64,000 nucleotides of DNA from an uncultured Eubacteriales bacterium (GCA_902801845.1 CADCJW010000010.1:19-64018), one strand, 5' to 3'; counted from the first letter of the stretch, positions 1 through 8,361 are shown. Translations and numbers: made by a program. Notes: generated from the sequence alone by a model not told the origin.

Positions 1-729
1 GTCAAGAACATAGCGATCCTGAAAGCCCCGGTTTATTACTATCAGTACACCAAGGGCTCGTTGGTAGACCAAAGTTTGAATTTGAGCAGCACAATCAAAA
101 TGAAGAAAAGCGTCATCGGCTATTATAACGAGTTTTTCAGGAAAACCTTTGACGCGCCTGCTTATCAGGAGCGGCTGCCGGTGATTTACGGCTATCTGCT
201 GGCTGTCAGTCACGACAGCCTGGCGCTGCCCTTCACGCCGGGAACCCGGAAGCTGCAGGAAGGAGAAGCCTTGTCTGCACTATCCGGCGAAAGCGGCACA
301 GCCTTCCCGGTGCGCAGCGCGATCCTGGAAACGCGGCTGCTTGGCCGATATCTGGAAACGCTTGGCCGAAAGCATGGAATGGATGAGGCCAGAATCAGGC
401 TTTTATACTGCATGGAAAAGAAAAAAGAACCTTGCAGCATTGAGAGCCTGTGTTTGCTGACCGGTATAAGAAAACCTGCTGTGATTGTGGCAATGGCCCG
501 ACTTCTGGCGGACGGCCTGGTGAGGCGAGAGTCCCCCCTTGGAGGCAAAGAGCGCTTCTCTTTCCAGGCACCGGAGTTCACAGAGGAACTGAAGCAGTTG
601 GATCGGGATGTGGACGCGGTGTGTTTTGCAGAGTTCACAGAAGAAGAGATTCGGCAGTACCGCAATCATAGGCCTCAGGTATACCAGCCTAATATAGAAT
701 TCAGAGGAGTTTTGGAGAATGGCGACTGA
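1..729 (+). CDS. 5'-partial protein: glycosyltransferase family 2-like C-terminal segment fused to a MarR-like winged-helix domain
   Basis: The reading frame is open from nt 1 (VKNIAILKAPVYYYQYTKGSL...), so the listed ATG at 61 is internal. The C-terminal 'SIESLCLLTGIRKPAVIVAMARLLADGLVRRE' looks like a MarR-type HTH plus wing. Confidence 0.5.
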   Translation, partial: VKNIAILKAPVYYYQYTKGSLVDQSLNLSSTIKMKKSVIGYYNEFFRKTFDAPAYQERLPVIYGYLLAVSHDSLALPFTPGTRKLQEGEALSALSGESGTAFPVRSAILETRLLGRYLETLGRKHGMDEARIRLLYCMEKKKEPCSIESLCLLTGIRKPAVIVAMARLLADGLVRRESPLGGKERFSFQAPEFTEELKQLDRDVDAVCFAEFTEEEIRQYRNHRPQVYQPNIEFRGVLENGD

Positions 730-1648
730 CCGCCTGATAAACTTGATATTGCTGTTTTTTGCCTATGCTTTCCTTGGCTGGTGCATCGAGGTCACACTGA
801 AGTACTTTCAGTTTCACCGTTTCATCAACCGCGGCTTTCTGACCGGCCCGTGGCTCCCAATCTACGGCTCCGGTGCGGCGCTAATCACCGTCGTGATAAA
901 GGGGCTTGCTCCGTTGGAATTTTCCGTCGGTACGACTTTCATCGTATCGTTCCTTCTATGTGGCGTTCTGGAATACATGACGAGCTATGTTCTGGAGAAA
1001 CGCTTCCATGCTCGTTGGTGGGATTATAGCCAGAAGCCCATGAATCTACATGGCAGAGTCTGGATCGGAAACCTGATTCTGTTCGGGCTTGGCGGAGTGG
1101 TGATCGTGGAGCTGATCAATCCGTTGTTGCTCCGTCTTTCCGAACATGTTAGCCTTACTGTGCGAGAGATTATGGCGCTCTCCCTGACCACGATCTTTAT
1201 CGCAGACAATGTGATGTCTCACTTTGTGCTGAAACTGGTCAAAACGGGCGTTGAAAGCAGTCAGGCAGACGAAACAGAAGCCATAAGCAAAGAGGTTCGG
1301 CTGCTGCTCAGCAACCGCTCCGTTTTCTACCGCCGCTTTGCAGAGGCTTATCCCGAGGTCATTTTTAAGACGGAACGCATCACCAAACGCATGGAGGAAA
1401 TCCGGATAGAGACGGAAAGATTGCGTCAGGAGGCAGAAGAGCGTGTTGTTCAGATGCGGCTGGAGGTTGCAGAGAACCTGGAACCCACAAGAAGCGTGAA
1501 AAACGAGATCATCGAAAAACAAGACGCCTTGATCGGTCTGCTTTACCGGGAAGAAGACGCTAGTCCGGAGATCCGGAAATTGAAGCGGGAAGTCGAAACG
1601 AAAAAGGCTGTGCTGCAGAAGCGGCGTGCGCGGTTTCCAAAGTTGTAA
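719..1648 (+). CDS. Polytopic membrane protein (resembles the 'putative ABC-transporter type IV' / CmpB-like family) with a C-terminal coiled-coil tail
   Basis: The N-terminus 'LLFFAYAFLGWCIEVTLKYF...RGFLTGPWLPIYGSGA' is typical of that family. The C-terminal part is charged and heptad-like. It overlaps the upstream gene by 11 nt. Confidence 0.55.
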   Translation: MATDRLINLILLFFAYAFLGWCIEVTLKYFQFHRFINRGFLTGPWLPIYGSGAALITVVIKGLAPLEFSVGTTFIVSFLLCGVLEYMTSYVLEKRFHARWWDYSQKPMNLHGRVWIGNLILFGLGGVVIVELINPLLLRLSEHVSLTVREIMALSLTTIFIADNVMSHFVLKLVKTGVESSQADETEAISKEVRLLLSNRSVFYRRFAEAYPEVIFKTERITKRMEEIRIETERLRQEAEERVVQMRLEVAENLEPTRSVKNEIIEKQDALIGLLYREEDASPEIRKLKREVETKKAVLQKRRARFPKL

Positions 1649-1677
1649 ACGGCATGGCTGACGGACACCTGCCTGGA

Positions 1678-1704
1678 CGGACAGGATTCTTTTGTCCGGC
1701 TTTT
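1678..1704 (+). terminator. Rho-independent terminator after the membrane protein gene
   Basis: CGGACA-(9 nt)-TGTCCG hairpin followed by GCTTTTCG. Confidence 0.5.
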
Positions 1705-1929
1705 CGATATGCTGGGGATCCCGCATCCCTGATGACCGAGGTTCCAATTATGATAACTTTTGACTGCATTTTGACTGTACTTTGCATGAGCATGCTATCT
1801 TAGAGTGATTTGAATGAGCATAGTAAACAATGCCGATTTTTCCCTAAATTACTGGCTTTTTGAGTTTTATCCAGACGCCGTCTAGCTTTAAGAGCCATGC
1901 GTAGTTGCAGTTCTCCTAAGCGGAACGCC

Positions 1930-1957
1930 GCGCGTTCGAATCGCGCCGGGGACGCCA
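1930..1957 (+). other. Orphan tRNA 3'-end-like module 1 (T-arm + acceptor 3' strand + GCCA); no matching 5' half
   Basis: GCGCG-TTCGAAT-CGCGC (canonical T-stem and T-loop), then CGGGGAC-G-CCA. No GTCCCCG acceptor partner, D-arm or anticodon arm lies upstream. Confidence 0.55.
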
Positions 1958-1959
1958 AT

Positions 1960-1986
1960 CCCCCGAAAACACTGCGTTTTCGGGGG
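1960..1986 (+). terminator. Rho-independent terminator immediately after tRNA-like module 1
   Basis: CCCCCGAAAAC-actgc-GTTTTCGGGGG (11-bp stem) followed by ATTACTTTT. Confidence 0.6.
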
Positions 1987-2026
1987 ATTACTTTTCCTAA
2001 AACTTCTCCTGTCGAATTGCGCTTCA

Positions 2027-2140
2027 TCATTCCATGCAATGCATACTAAGGTGCTCTTCTGATGTGTTCATCAAAACATCAGGAGCAATCACACGTTCAA
2101 ATGCTGCGTGATCTAAGAATTCTTGTACTGGATCAGGCAT
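2027..2140 (-). CDS. Hypothetical 37-aa ORF in the AT-rich spacer (MPDPVQEFLDHAAFERVIAPDVLMNTSEEHLSMHCME)
   Basis: ATG at 2140 is preceded by GGGAGGAATGAAAA (strong SD). It is absent from the ORF track because it is short. I recognise no homology, so it may be a gene remnant. Confidence 0.25.
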   Translation of the reverse strand: MPDPVQEFLDHAAFERVIAPDVLMNTSEEHLSMHCME

Positions 2141-2481
2141 TTTTCATTCCTCCCACATAGATTTGTATATATCAATGACATTTACTTTCGTTTTTGTCGT
2201 TCCAGTTCCCGCCCCACCAGCAGATCGCTGAAGGTAGAATATGCGAGAAATACGGTATCCCGCTTGAAATAATGATGATTATTTGGACAGCCATCGAATC
2301 ATAGTTCGAGCTGCTCTACCACATTTCTACTACACACCGGTGTGAGGAATGTACTATTGAACTCGGTTTAGGGATATATGTAACAAAGACAATTGATGGA
2401 AAAAAGCCCAGAAATCGGCGAATTCCCTTATTTATCTGCATCTTTGAGTACCCTGTCTGGTCGGCTCCGACTCTAAAGGCC

Positions 2482-2509
2482 GCACGTTCGAACCGTGTCA
2501 GGCACGCCA
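2482..2509 (+). other. Orphan tRNA 3'-end-like module 2 (T-arm + acceptor 3' strand + GCCA)
   Basis: GCACG-TTCGAAC-CGTGT, then CAGGCAC-G-CCA. CTCTAAA lies upstream but no canonical anticodon stem forms around it. No 5' acceptor or D-arm is present. Confidence 0.5.
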
Positions 2510-2545
2510 AACAAATACCCCCACCACCCGGTGGGGGTATTTGTT
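2510..2545. terminator. Perfect 16-bp hairpin immediately after tRNA-like module 2
   Basis: AACAAATACCCCCACC-accc-GGTGGGGGTATTTGTT, with A/T-rich stem ends on both sides, so it could act in either direction. Confidence 0.6.
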
Positions 2546-2563
2546 TGATGCGCTCCTTGAGCG

Positions 2564-2666
2564 CATAGTTCGAACGTAGTTCGCATACGGGGCGGCGAAG
2601 CCGCCCCGTTCCGGGATTCCTTCCTTGTTTTTCTTTGTTCAAAGGAATCCCGTACCGTGTCAGGCA
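2564..2666 (+). repeat. Structured unit B: CATAGTTCG.. / GC hairpin / TTCC / long-loop hairpin / GTACCGTGTCAGGCA
   Basis: Hairpin 1 is CGGGGCGGC-gaa-GCCGCCCCG (2588-2608). Hairpin 2 is GGGATTCCTT-(19 nt)-AAGGAATCCC (2613-2651). The tail at 2652-2666 shares ACCGTGTCAGGCA with module 2. Confidence 0.55.
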
Positions 2667-2677
2667 TGTATGATGAA

Positions 2678-2766
2678 CATAGTTCACATAAGCGGCCTTT
2701 GGCCGCCTCCCGGCGCTGCTACCTTGTTAAAGGTCATTCAAAGCAGCGCCGTACCGTGTCAGGCAC
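2678..2766 (+). repeat. Structured unit C: same architecture as unit B with different stem sequences
   Basis: It contains CATAGTTCACATA. Hairpin 1 is GCGGCC-ttt-GGCCGC (2692-2706), followed by linker CTCC. Hairpin 2 is GGCGCTGCT-(21 nt)-AGCAGCGCC (2712-2750). The tail is GTACCGTGTCAGGCAC. Both hairpin-2 loops start with CCTTGTT and end with TTCA. Confidence 0.55.
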
Positions 2767-2816
2767 AAATTCTTTGTGTACAAGTACGAACATAATTTGT
2801 TTTTCTCATCAACCCA

Positions 2817-2825
2817 TGCTATAAT
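2817..2825 (+). promoter_or_regulatory. Extended -10 promoter element (TGcTATAAT) upstream of the transglutaminase-like gene
   Basis: TGCTATAAT lies 44 nt upstream of the ATG at 2869. The -35 region is weak. Confidence 0.45.
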
Positions 2826-2868
2826 TTGAAAAACTTGTTGGTTTAAACGAAAAAAGGAATCCGTAGAA

Positions 2869-4302
2869 ATGAAAAAGAGTGTTGCATTTATTTGCTTATT
2901 TCTGTTGCTGCTGACCACATACGGCTTTGATGCGCAAAAACCGGCCACGCCTATCATGGCGGAAAACGAGGGGCCGACGCCTGTCCCGACGATCGCCCCC
3001 GCGGCGGAAGAAACGGCAGTCGATCTGGACGCGTATGTCGGCTTCTATGGGAACGACGACGGCGATTCGGTAACCATCGAAGCAACCGGCGACGGGTACG
3101 CCATGTCAGTGGAACTGTACCGGCTGACCGGTTTGGAGGCAGGAACGGTTTCAGCTTCTGCTGAGGGGATCGTTTTTCATACCATCGACGCCGCCGAGAA
3201 CCCGATGGTGGTATCCTTCTATCCGGACGGCGAGGGATACGCGCTGCGAGTGGAGGAAAGCACCTGGCCGCTGCTGGAACAGGGAACGATCATCGGCGGA
3301 TTCAGAAGAACGACGCCGGAAAAGGTTGTGACCGAGGGCGACCCGGAAGATGACTTCGAACGCGGGGATCTGATCGACCCGGCGGACCTGCCGGATACGC
3401 CCCTGGGTCACTATGTGTTCAAGCCCAAGGTCTGTTCCGTCTATATGGAGGAGCTTTTCGGCAAGACCATGTGCGAGACCTGGTACAACCTGGTGGACGC
3501 GGTCATGGCCGGAAAGAATACCTTCGCCTGCCCGGATCAGCACACCTATGACTGGGTCATGGGCCAGTTTCCCGAACGGTGTTTCCCGGTGCTGACCGAG
3601 CTCATCGACTATGCATGGGATCGGGAGCACTCCGTCAAGGACGGCGTCGCCAGCTTCACCTATCTCATGCCCGTGGATGAAGCCGCTGCCAGGATCAAAG
3701 AATTCGGGACCATGATCGAGGACATTCTCAACCAGGTCCTGGAGGACGACTATTCGGATATGGAGAAGGCGCTGGCCCTGTACGACTACTTTTCCAGGAC
3801 CTATTCCTATGATTACGATACCTTTGGGAAAATGGCCGATGCCTATGTGGACTATACCCGCAGCTATCGCTTCTTCCAAACCGGCATCGGCATCTGTCAC
3901 GAGATCTCGACCGCTTATTCCTACCTGCTCATGCAGGCAGGGGTGAAGGCGACGATCATGATGGGGAGCGACCATCAATGGAGCTACGTCCGCATCAACG
4001 GCCACGATTACCATGTCGACCCCACCTTTGCGATCAACAACCCGGGGTCCCTATCCTATTTCATGATGACCGACGAACAGCGGGCGGCGACCGGCTACGT
4101 CAAGAAGGAGCATATCATCACCTCCAACTACGCTCAGGATCACCCCCATCCCGACTATGTTGCAGACGACGATACCTTCCAACCCCTGTGGAATACGAAC
4201 TTCGAGGCGTTCTTCCACGATACTCACACCATCCTCTGCTGGGCAGAGACCGGGGAGCACGGCGAGTGGACCCAAATCGAATTTGACTATACCGGGTATT
4301 GA
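2869..4302 (+). CDS. Secreted transglutaminase-like cysteine protease superfamily protein
   Basis: Signal peptide MKKSVAFICLFLLLLTT. The C-terminal Cys-His-Asp core is 'GIGICHEISTAYSYLL...HQWSYVRINGHDYHVDPTF'. Confidence 0.7.
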   Translation: MKKSVAFICLFLLLLTTYGFDAQKPATPIMAENEGPTPVPTIAPAAEETAVDLDAYVGFYGNDDGDSVTIEATGDGYAMSVELYRLTGLEAGTVSASAEGIVFHTIDAAENPMVVSFYPDGEGYALRVEESTWPLLEQGTIIGGFRRTTPEKVVTEGDPEDDFERGDLIDPADLPDTPLGHYVFKPKVCSVYMEELFGKTMCETWYNLVDAVMAGKNTFACPDQHTYDWVMGQFPERCFPVLTELIDYAWDREHSVKDGVASFTYLMPVDEAAARIKEFGTMIEDILNQVLEDDYSDMEKALALYDYFSRTYSYDYDTFGKMADAYVDYTRSYRFFQTGIGICHEISTAYSYLLMQAGVKATIMMGSDHQWSYVRINGHDYHVDPTFAINNPGSLSYFMMTDEQRAATGYVKKEHIITSNYAQDHPHPDYVADDDTFQPLWNTNFEAFFHDTHTILCWAETGEHGEWTQIEFDYTGY

Positions 4303-4315
4303 TGTCGAAAGGCTG

Positions 4316-5476
4316 TCAATTCTGCCCGCGCATCAGCTTGACAAAGGCAGAATAGATCGTGACCACGTCCAGTTTTTCCAACTCCGGAGCGGCGGTGACG
4401 TCCATGGCCTTGGATCGGGCCACGAGCCGGTCCATGAGGCACTCGTCCCGCAGGGAGGAAAGCTGTTCCGCGTCATCATTCAGCCTTTTTTTGAGATCCT
4501 TTCGCAAGATGATATAGAACCCGGTCTCCCCCTCCACCACGGCGCTGACCTGGCCTGGGGTTAGGGCCTGAGCGGCCGCTTCATAGACGGCGTTCATGGT
4601 CCCCGGGGCGAAGATATAGCCCTCCGGATTGTCGGCCCGATACGGGTCCTCGCTGGCCTCGTCAGCCAGGGCCGCAAAGACGGCTTCCGGGTCCTGCGCG
4701 GCGGCGATCTGCCGGGCAAGCTCCTCCGCTTTCTGTTTCTTGGCAGCGACGGTCTCTTTGGAAAGCTCCTTATAGCTGGAAAGATCCACCTTGGACAGGT
4801 AGATATGGTCCGTGAAGAGGCCATACTCGTTTAGATCCTCCACGCCGATATACAGGGGGCTGCCTTCTGTGGCCGCCAGCACCGCCAGCTTGTCGAGCCA
4901 AAGGGAATAGGCGCTGATCCTATCGTAATTTGCCCGGGAAAGGCCCATTTGGGCGATATAATCGGCGAACGCCTCCTCGCCGCCCAGGCTCTTCACCAGC
5001 TCCTGCCGCTCCGCTTCCAGCGTCTTTTGATCGTTTTCATCCAGCGTAAGCCCGTTTTCCGCGGCGACGGCTTCCACAGCCATATACAGACGGGCGGTTT
5101 CGTCGGTCTGTCGGTTCAGATAAGCCCGCAGGGTATCGCTGTCGCCGAAGGGCGCTTCCCAATTCAAATAGCCGTCGGTGCCCATGACGCTTTTGAACTC
5201 CGGATGATCCTCCGCATAGGTGTACACCCGGTATTCCATAAGGCTCGCGTTGTAGACCTGCCAATAGCAATACAGCGCCAGAGGAATGGAAACGCCTTCC
5301 GCCGACATCACCGTCGTCTCCGGATCGAGGCCCGTGATCGTTCCGAATACGTCCTTTCCGGTCCATGCCGGGATGGCCACAGGTTCAACAGCCGTCTTCT
5401 TTTCGCCCGTGGTGCAGCCGGCAAGGGCGCTCAGCATCAGCATGCAGGCGATCAGCAAGGCTATCTTTTGTTTCAT
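4316..5476 (-). CDS. PrsA/SurA-like peptidyl-prolyl isomerase (parvulin-type) lipoprotein
   Basis: I moved the start to ATG 5476, which has a GGAGGA SD. The lipobox is LSALAGC. The parvulin-like C-terminus reads 'PGQVSAVVEGETGFYIILRKD'. Confidence 0.75.
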   Translation of the reverse strand: MKQKIALLIACMLMLSALAGCTTGEKKTAVEPVAIPAWTGKDVFGTITGLDPETTVMSAEGVSIPLALYCYWQVYNASLMEYRVYTYAEDHPEFKSVMGTDGYLNWEAPFGDSDTLRAYLNRQTDETARLYMAVEAVAAENGLTLDENDQKTLEAERQELVKSLGGEEAFADYIAQMGLSRANYDRISAYSLWLDKLAVLAATEGSPLYIGVEDLNEYGLFTDHIYLSKVDLSSYKELSKETVAAKKQKAEELARQIAAAQDPEAVFAALADEASEDPYRADNPEGYIFAPGTMNAVYEAAAQALTPGQVSAVVEGETGFYIILRKDLKKRLNDDAEQLSSLRDECLMDRLVARSKAMDVTAAPELEKLDVVTIYSAFVKLMRGQN

Positions 5477-5630
5477 ACGTTTTCCTCCGGATCCTTCCGT
5501 TTGCCGCCCGATCCAAAGCCCTCGGGCGAAGGGATTTCGTGGCAGGAAGCACAACGAATAAAAATGGTTCCGGGGAGCTTTCGCAAGAAGGCTCCCCGAT
5601 CGGATTCAGTTTAGATTGCGCCCCACGGCA

Positions 5631-6797
5631 TCAATCGTAGTAGATGCGATCGGCCGGTGCGGTAGCGGGATCGTAGTAGTAGGGCGCCAGGCTCTTGCAC
5701 ATATCCTCATAGGAGGGGATCCCTTCCACCTGGATGGTCTGGGTGGGATTGATCATATTGTTCCACTCGATGGTCTTGAGGATCGTGGTGATATGGCGGG
5801 CCACCCGCTTTTCGATGGGCCAGCCGTTTTCATCGATGGGCGCGTAGAGGAGCTTGTGCTCCCCGGCCATCATGACGAAACGATCCTTGCCCTCCATGAG
5901 CAAAGCCTCGTCCGTGATGCCGCGGATACGGTCCAGCATGGGCTCGGCCACCTCGAAGGTGTAGGGCACGCAGTCAGACCAGTCGCCGATCTCCCGATGG
6001 CTCAAGCCGTGCAGGGCCTCCGGCGAGTAGTTGCAGGTGATGGCCACGTCGAAGGGAGAAGCGGTCAAATCCATGGACACCATGGAGCCCACGACCTCGC
6101 CCCGCTGATGGAACACGATGGTGTTCTCCACGGAGTACTCCAGTTCCGCCTCGTGCAGGTCGATGGCAAGATCGATATGCTCCTGCTGGATCATCTGCAT
6201 GGCCGCGTAGTTGGTGCGCTCGGTCATGAGGCCGTTGGCCTTGCCGGGCCAGGTACGGTTGATGTTCCGCACGTCCACGTTGGCCAGGTTCTGTCCGCTG
6301 GGATAGTGGATATAGACCTCGGGATCGGGCCAGGAATCCAGCTGGTTGCCGGCTCTGTCGCCGAAGCGCCACTTCATGTTGCCCCATCCGCAGTCATAGG
6401 TGAAGAACCGGGGATAGGCTTCGCCCACACGGGTGTTGGTGGAGGCGCTGGTGTTCAGGCTGTCGATGATGAACACCCGGCCCTGGGTAACCTTCAGATT
6501 TTCCACCAGCAGCTGGCAGGCCATGATGCCCACGGGCTCCTCGGGATGGCTGCGGCCCCAGATCAGGATGGTTCCGCCGGGAACACCGCTGTCGAAGATA
6601 TACACGTTGCAGTCGTTCACGGTGCCCTTGATCACATCGCTGTAATCGGAGAGCTTCTTGACCTCCGTGATGTACTCGCTGACGACCACCGGCTCCTTAT
6701 AGGTCCGGTGCTCCCGGAACATGTATCCGGCGATGGCCATCATGACGATCGCCAGGGCCACGGCTACGATTTTAATGATGGTAGTTTTGTTTTTCAT
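5631..6797 (-). CDS. Membrane-anchored zinc peptidase/deacylase of the M14 / succinylglutamate desuccinylase-aspartoacylase (AstE/AspA) type
   Basis: N-terminal TM helix (IIKIVAVALAIVMMAIAGY). The motifs 'IWGRSHPEEPVG' and 'DLHEAE' fit this family. A GGAGG SD precedes the start. Confidence 0.65.
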   Translation of the reverse strand: MKNKTTIIKIVAVALAIVMMAIAGYMFREHRTYKEPVVVSEYITEVKKLSDYSDVIKGTVNDCNVYIFDSGVPGGTILIWGRSHPEEPVGIMACQLLVENLKVTQGRVFIIDSLNTSASTNTRVGEAYPRFFTYDCGWGNMKWRFGDRAGNQLDSWPDPEVYIHYPSGQNLANVDVRNINRTWPGKANGLMTERTNYAAMQMIQQEHIDLAIDLHEAELEYSVENTIVFHQRGEVVGSMVSMDLTASPFDVAITCNYSPEALHGLSHREIGDWSDCVPYTFEVAEPMLDRIRGITDEALLMEGKDRFVMMAGEHKLLYAPIDENGWPIEKRVARHITTILKTIEWNNMINPTQTIQVEGIPSYEDMCKSLAPYYYDPATAPADRIYYD

Positions 6798-6811
6798 TTC
6801 CTTCAGCCTCC

Positions 6812-6985
6812 TTACTTCAGTCGCAGCAAGCGAAGGACGAACGGGATCATGATCACAACGTATACCAGGGCATCCTGCACATTCTTGGTTTTGATGAACA
6901 CCCGAATGGTGGCAAACAGGAAGAATGCGGCCGTAGCATAGGTGCAGATTGTGATGATCAAATTAACGATAACCAATGCGCTCAT
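6812..6985 (-). CDS. 57-aa two-TM small membrane protein (possible small subunit of the adjacent permease)
   Basis: MSALVIVNLIITICTYATAAFFLFATIRVFIKTKNVQDALVYVVIMIPFVLRLLRLK. The ATG lies 4 nt after the permease stop, and its own stop lies 14 nt before the next gene. It is not in the ORF track. Confidence 0.5.
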   Translation of the reverse strand: MSALVIVNLIITICTYATAAFFLFATIRVFIKTKNVQDALVYVVIMIPFVLRLLRLK

Positions 6986-6989
6986 ATGC

Positions 6990-8327
6990 TTACACCCCCA
7001 GGAAGTTGCCGAACGGCTTGTTGAAGATCATGGCGATCGTGCAGATCAGGAGGATGAACAGCATGGGCACCAAGGCTTTTTTGACAAAGCCCGTATAATA
7101 GTTGCCCTTGTAGTCCAGCTCCAGCACTGCAGCACGGCCCACCACAGCGGTAGGCGGCAGGCAGTCGCCCACAGGCCACATGACCGCCCAGCAGGATAGG
7201 GCGATGATCGGGTTGTAGCCCAGCATGTTGAACAGCATGATCAGCGGCACGCCGAATAGCGGCGCCACAGCGTACTGCAGCACGCCCTCGGTGACCGGCA
7301 AGATCAGCCACAGGCCGGCGAACAGCAGCCAGATGGGCAGGATGACCACGGCCAGGGACAGCAGGCCCCTTGCACCGGTCAGGGTCATGATCTGGTTCAG
7401 CACGCCGACCACCATCATGATGCCCACCAGTTCCTTCAGGTTGGTGACGGTGGTCATGGCGATGTCGAAGACGTTCACCTTCTTCGGGCTGCACAGGAGC
7501 GTCGTGAACGCGCACAGCATGAAGATCATAGGCAGACCGAAGGTGGGCCACCAGGCGGGGAACACCCGGGCGCCCAGGATCAAAACGATCATCACGATGA
7601 ACGGGACAAAGGCCTTGAGCATGTTCCAACCCGCAGGCGCTTCCGGCAGCGAGCTCAGCACGTCGTCCACCGCACCCTTTTTCTCTCCCTTTCCGGCGAG
7701 ATAGAAGGTGGCGAAGATGGCGCCCACGCCGCTCAGGATGAGCAGCGGCATGGTGAAGCCCGTGTAGGGCATGTTCGCGCCGGCGGCCGCCATCATGGCC
7801 CACAGGTTGATGGGCGGGCAGGCGGCGGACATGGCGGCCAGGATGAAGATGAGCGCGACGCGGCGGTCCTCATCCACGCCCATGGCGGTGAGCACCGCGC
7901 CCACCAGGCCGCCCACGGTCAAGACCGTGGTCGCGCCGGAACCGGTGACGGCGCCGGGGACCATCATCACCACCATGAGCAGAAGCAGGCAGATGACCCG
8001 GTGGTCATAGAAGCGCTTCACGATGGTCCGAACCAGGTAGGACACGCCGCCAGTCTCCTTATACAGTGTCATGAAGAAGGTCGCCGTCAGGAAGGTCATG
8101 CAGACGTCGAAATAGGTGAAGGTGCCCTCCACCAGATGACGGATGATCTCCGTGAAGGGGAGCGCCGAACGGGGGTCCTCCCCCATCGGCAGAATCACAT
8201 GAGCCACAACAGCGCCCAGTGCGCCCAGCAATAAGCACAGCTCCGTGTTCAGACGAAGCTTTTTCGCGACCGCGAAAACAACGGCGATCACGATGATTAC
8301 CGCCAGGGAATGCGTTAACATAGTCAA
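6990..8327 (-). CDS. Multi-pass permease of uncertain family (TctA/DctM-like large transporter subunit?)
   Basis: Highly hydrophobic protein of 445 aa with roughly 12 TM segments, containing 'MMVPGAVTGSGATTVLTVGGLVG'. The start is TTG at 8327 (SD AAGGGGG) or ATG at 8321. Confidence 0.7.
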   Translation of the reverse strand: MTMLTHSLAVIIVIAVVFAVAKKLRLNTELCLLLGALGAVVAHVILPMGEDPRSALPFTEIIRHLVEGTFTYFDVCMTFLTATFFMTLYKETGGVSYLVRTIVKRFYDHRVICLLLLMVVMMVPGAVTGSGATTVLTVGGLVGAVLTAMGVDEDRRVALIFILAAMSAACPPINLWAMMAAAGANMPYTGFTMPLLILSGVGAIFATFYLAGKGEKKGAVDDVLSSLPEAPAGWNMLKAFVPFIVMIVLILGARVFPAWWPTFGLPMIFMLCAFTTLLCSPKKVNVFDIAMTTVTNLKELVGIMMVVGVLNQIMTLTGARGLLSLAVVILPIWLLFAGLWLILPVTEGVLQYAVAPLFGVPLIMLFNMLGYNPIIALSCWAVMWPVGDCLPPTAVVGRAAVLELDYKGNYYTGFVKKALVPMLFILLICTIAMIFNKPFGNFLGV

Positions 8328-8361
8328 AACGAATACACCCCCTTTTAGCTCATGCTGCCCG

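Noticed and set aside
1805-1957. tmRNA, or an intact class I/II tRNA, as an explanation for the tRNA-like 3' ends.
   Set aside because: Neither module has a complementary 5' acceptor strand (GTCCCCG or GTGCCTG), a D-arm, a tag ORF or pseudoknot-sized upstream sequence. The CTCTAAA near 2471 looks like a CUA anticodon loop but has no flanking stem.
1910-2509. Mini-helix folds in which GTTCTCC (1910-1916) or CTGTCTG (2453-2459) pair 6/7 with the acceptor 3' strands.
   Set aside because: A 6/7 match including G-U pairs within a ~40-nt search window is expected by chance at a rate of a few tenths. That is not evidence on its own.
1800-2687. Minus-strand ORFs 1800-2039 and 2316-2687, which share 'FERAAFR' and 'CLTRYG' peptides.
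   Set aside because: The shared peptides are just translations of the tRNA-like T-arm and the repeated ACCGTGTCAGGCA core. There is no SD, the rest is nonsense, and the ORFs cross strong terminator hairpins.
2564-2766. A CRISPR array or integron attC cassette array as an explanation for the tandem units.
   Set aside because: There are only two or three copies of a 13-17 nt core with structured, non-unique spacers. There are no cas or intI genes. The core (GTGTCAGGCA) does not match GTTRRRY, and no inverse core site is present.
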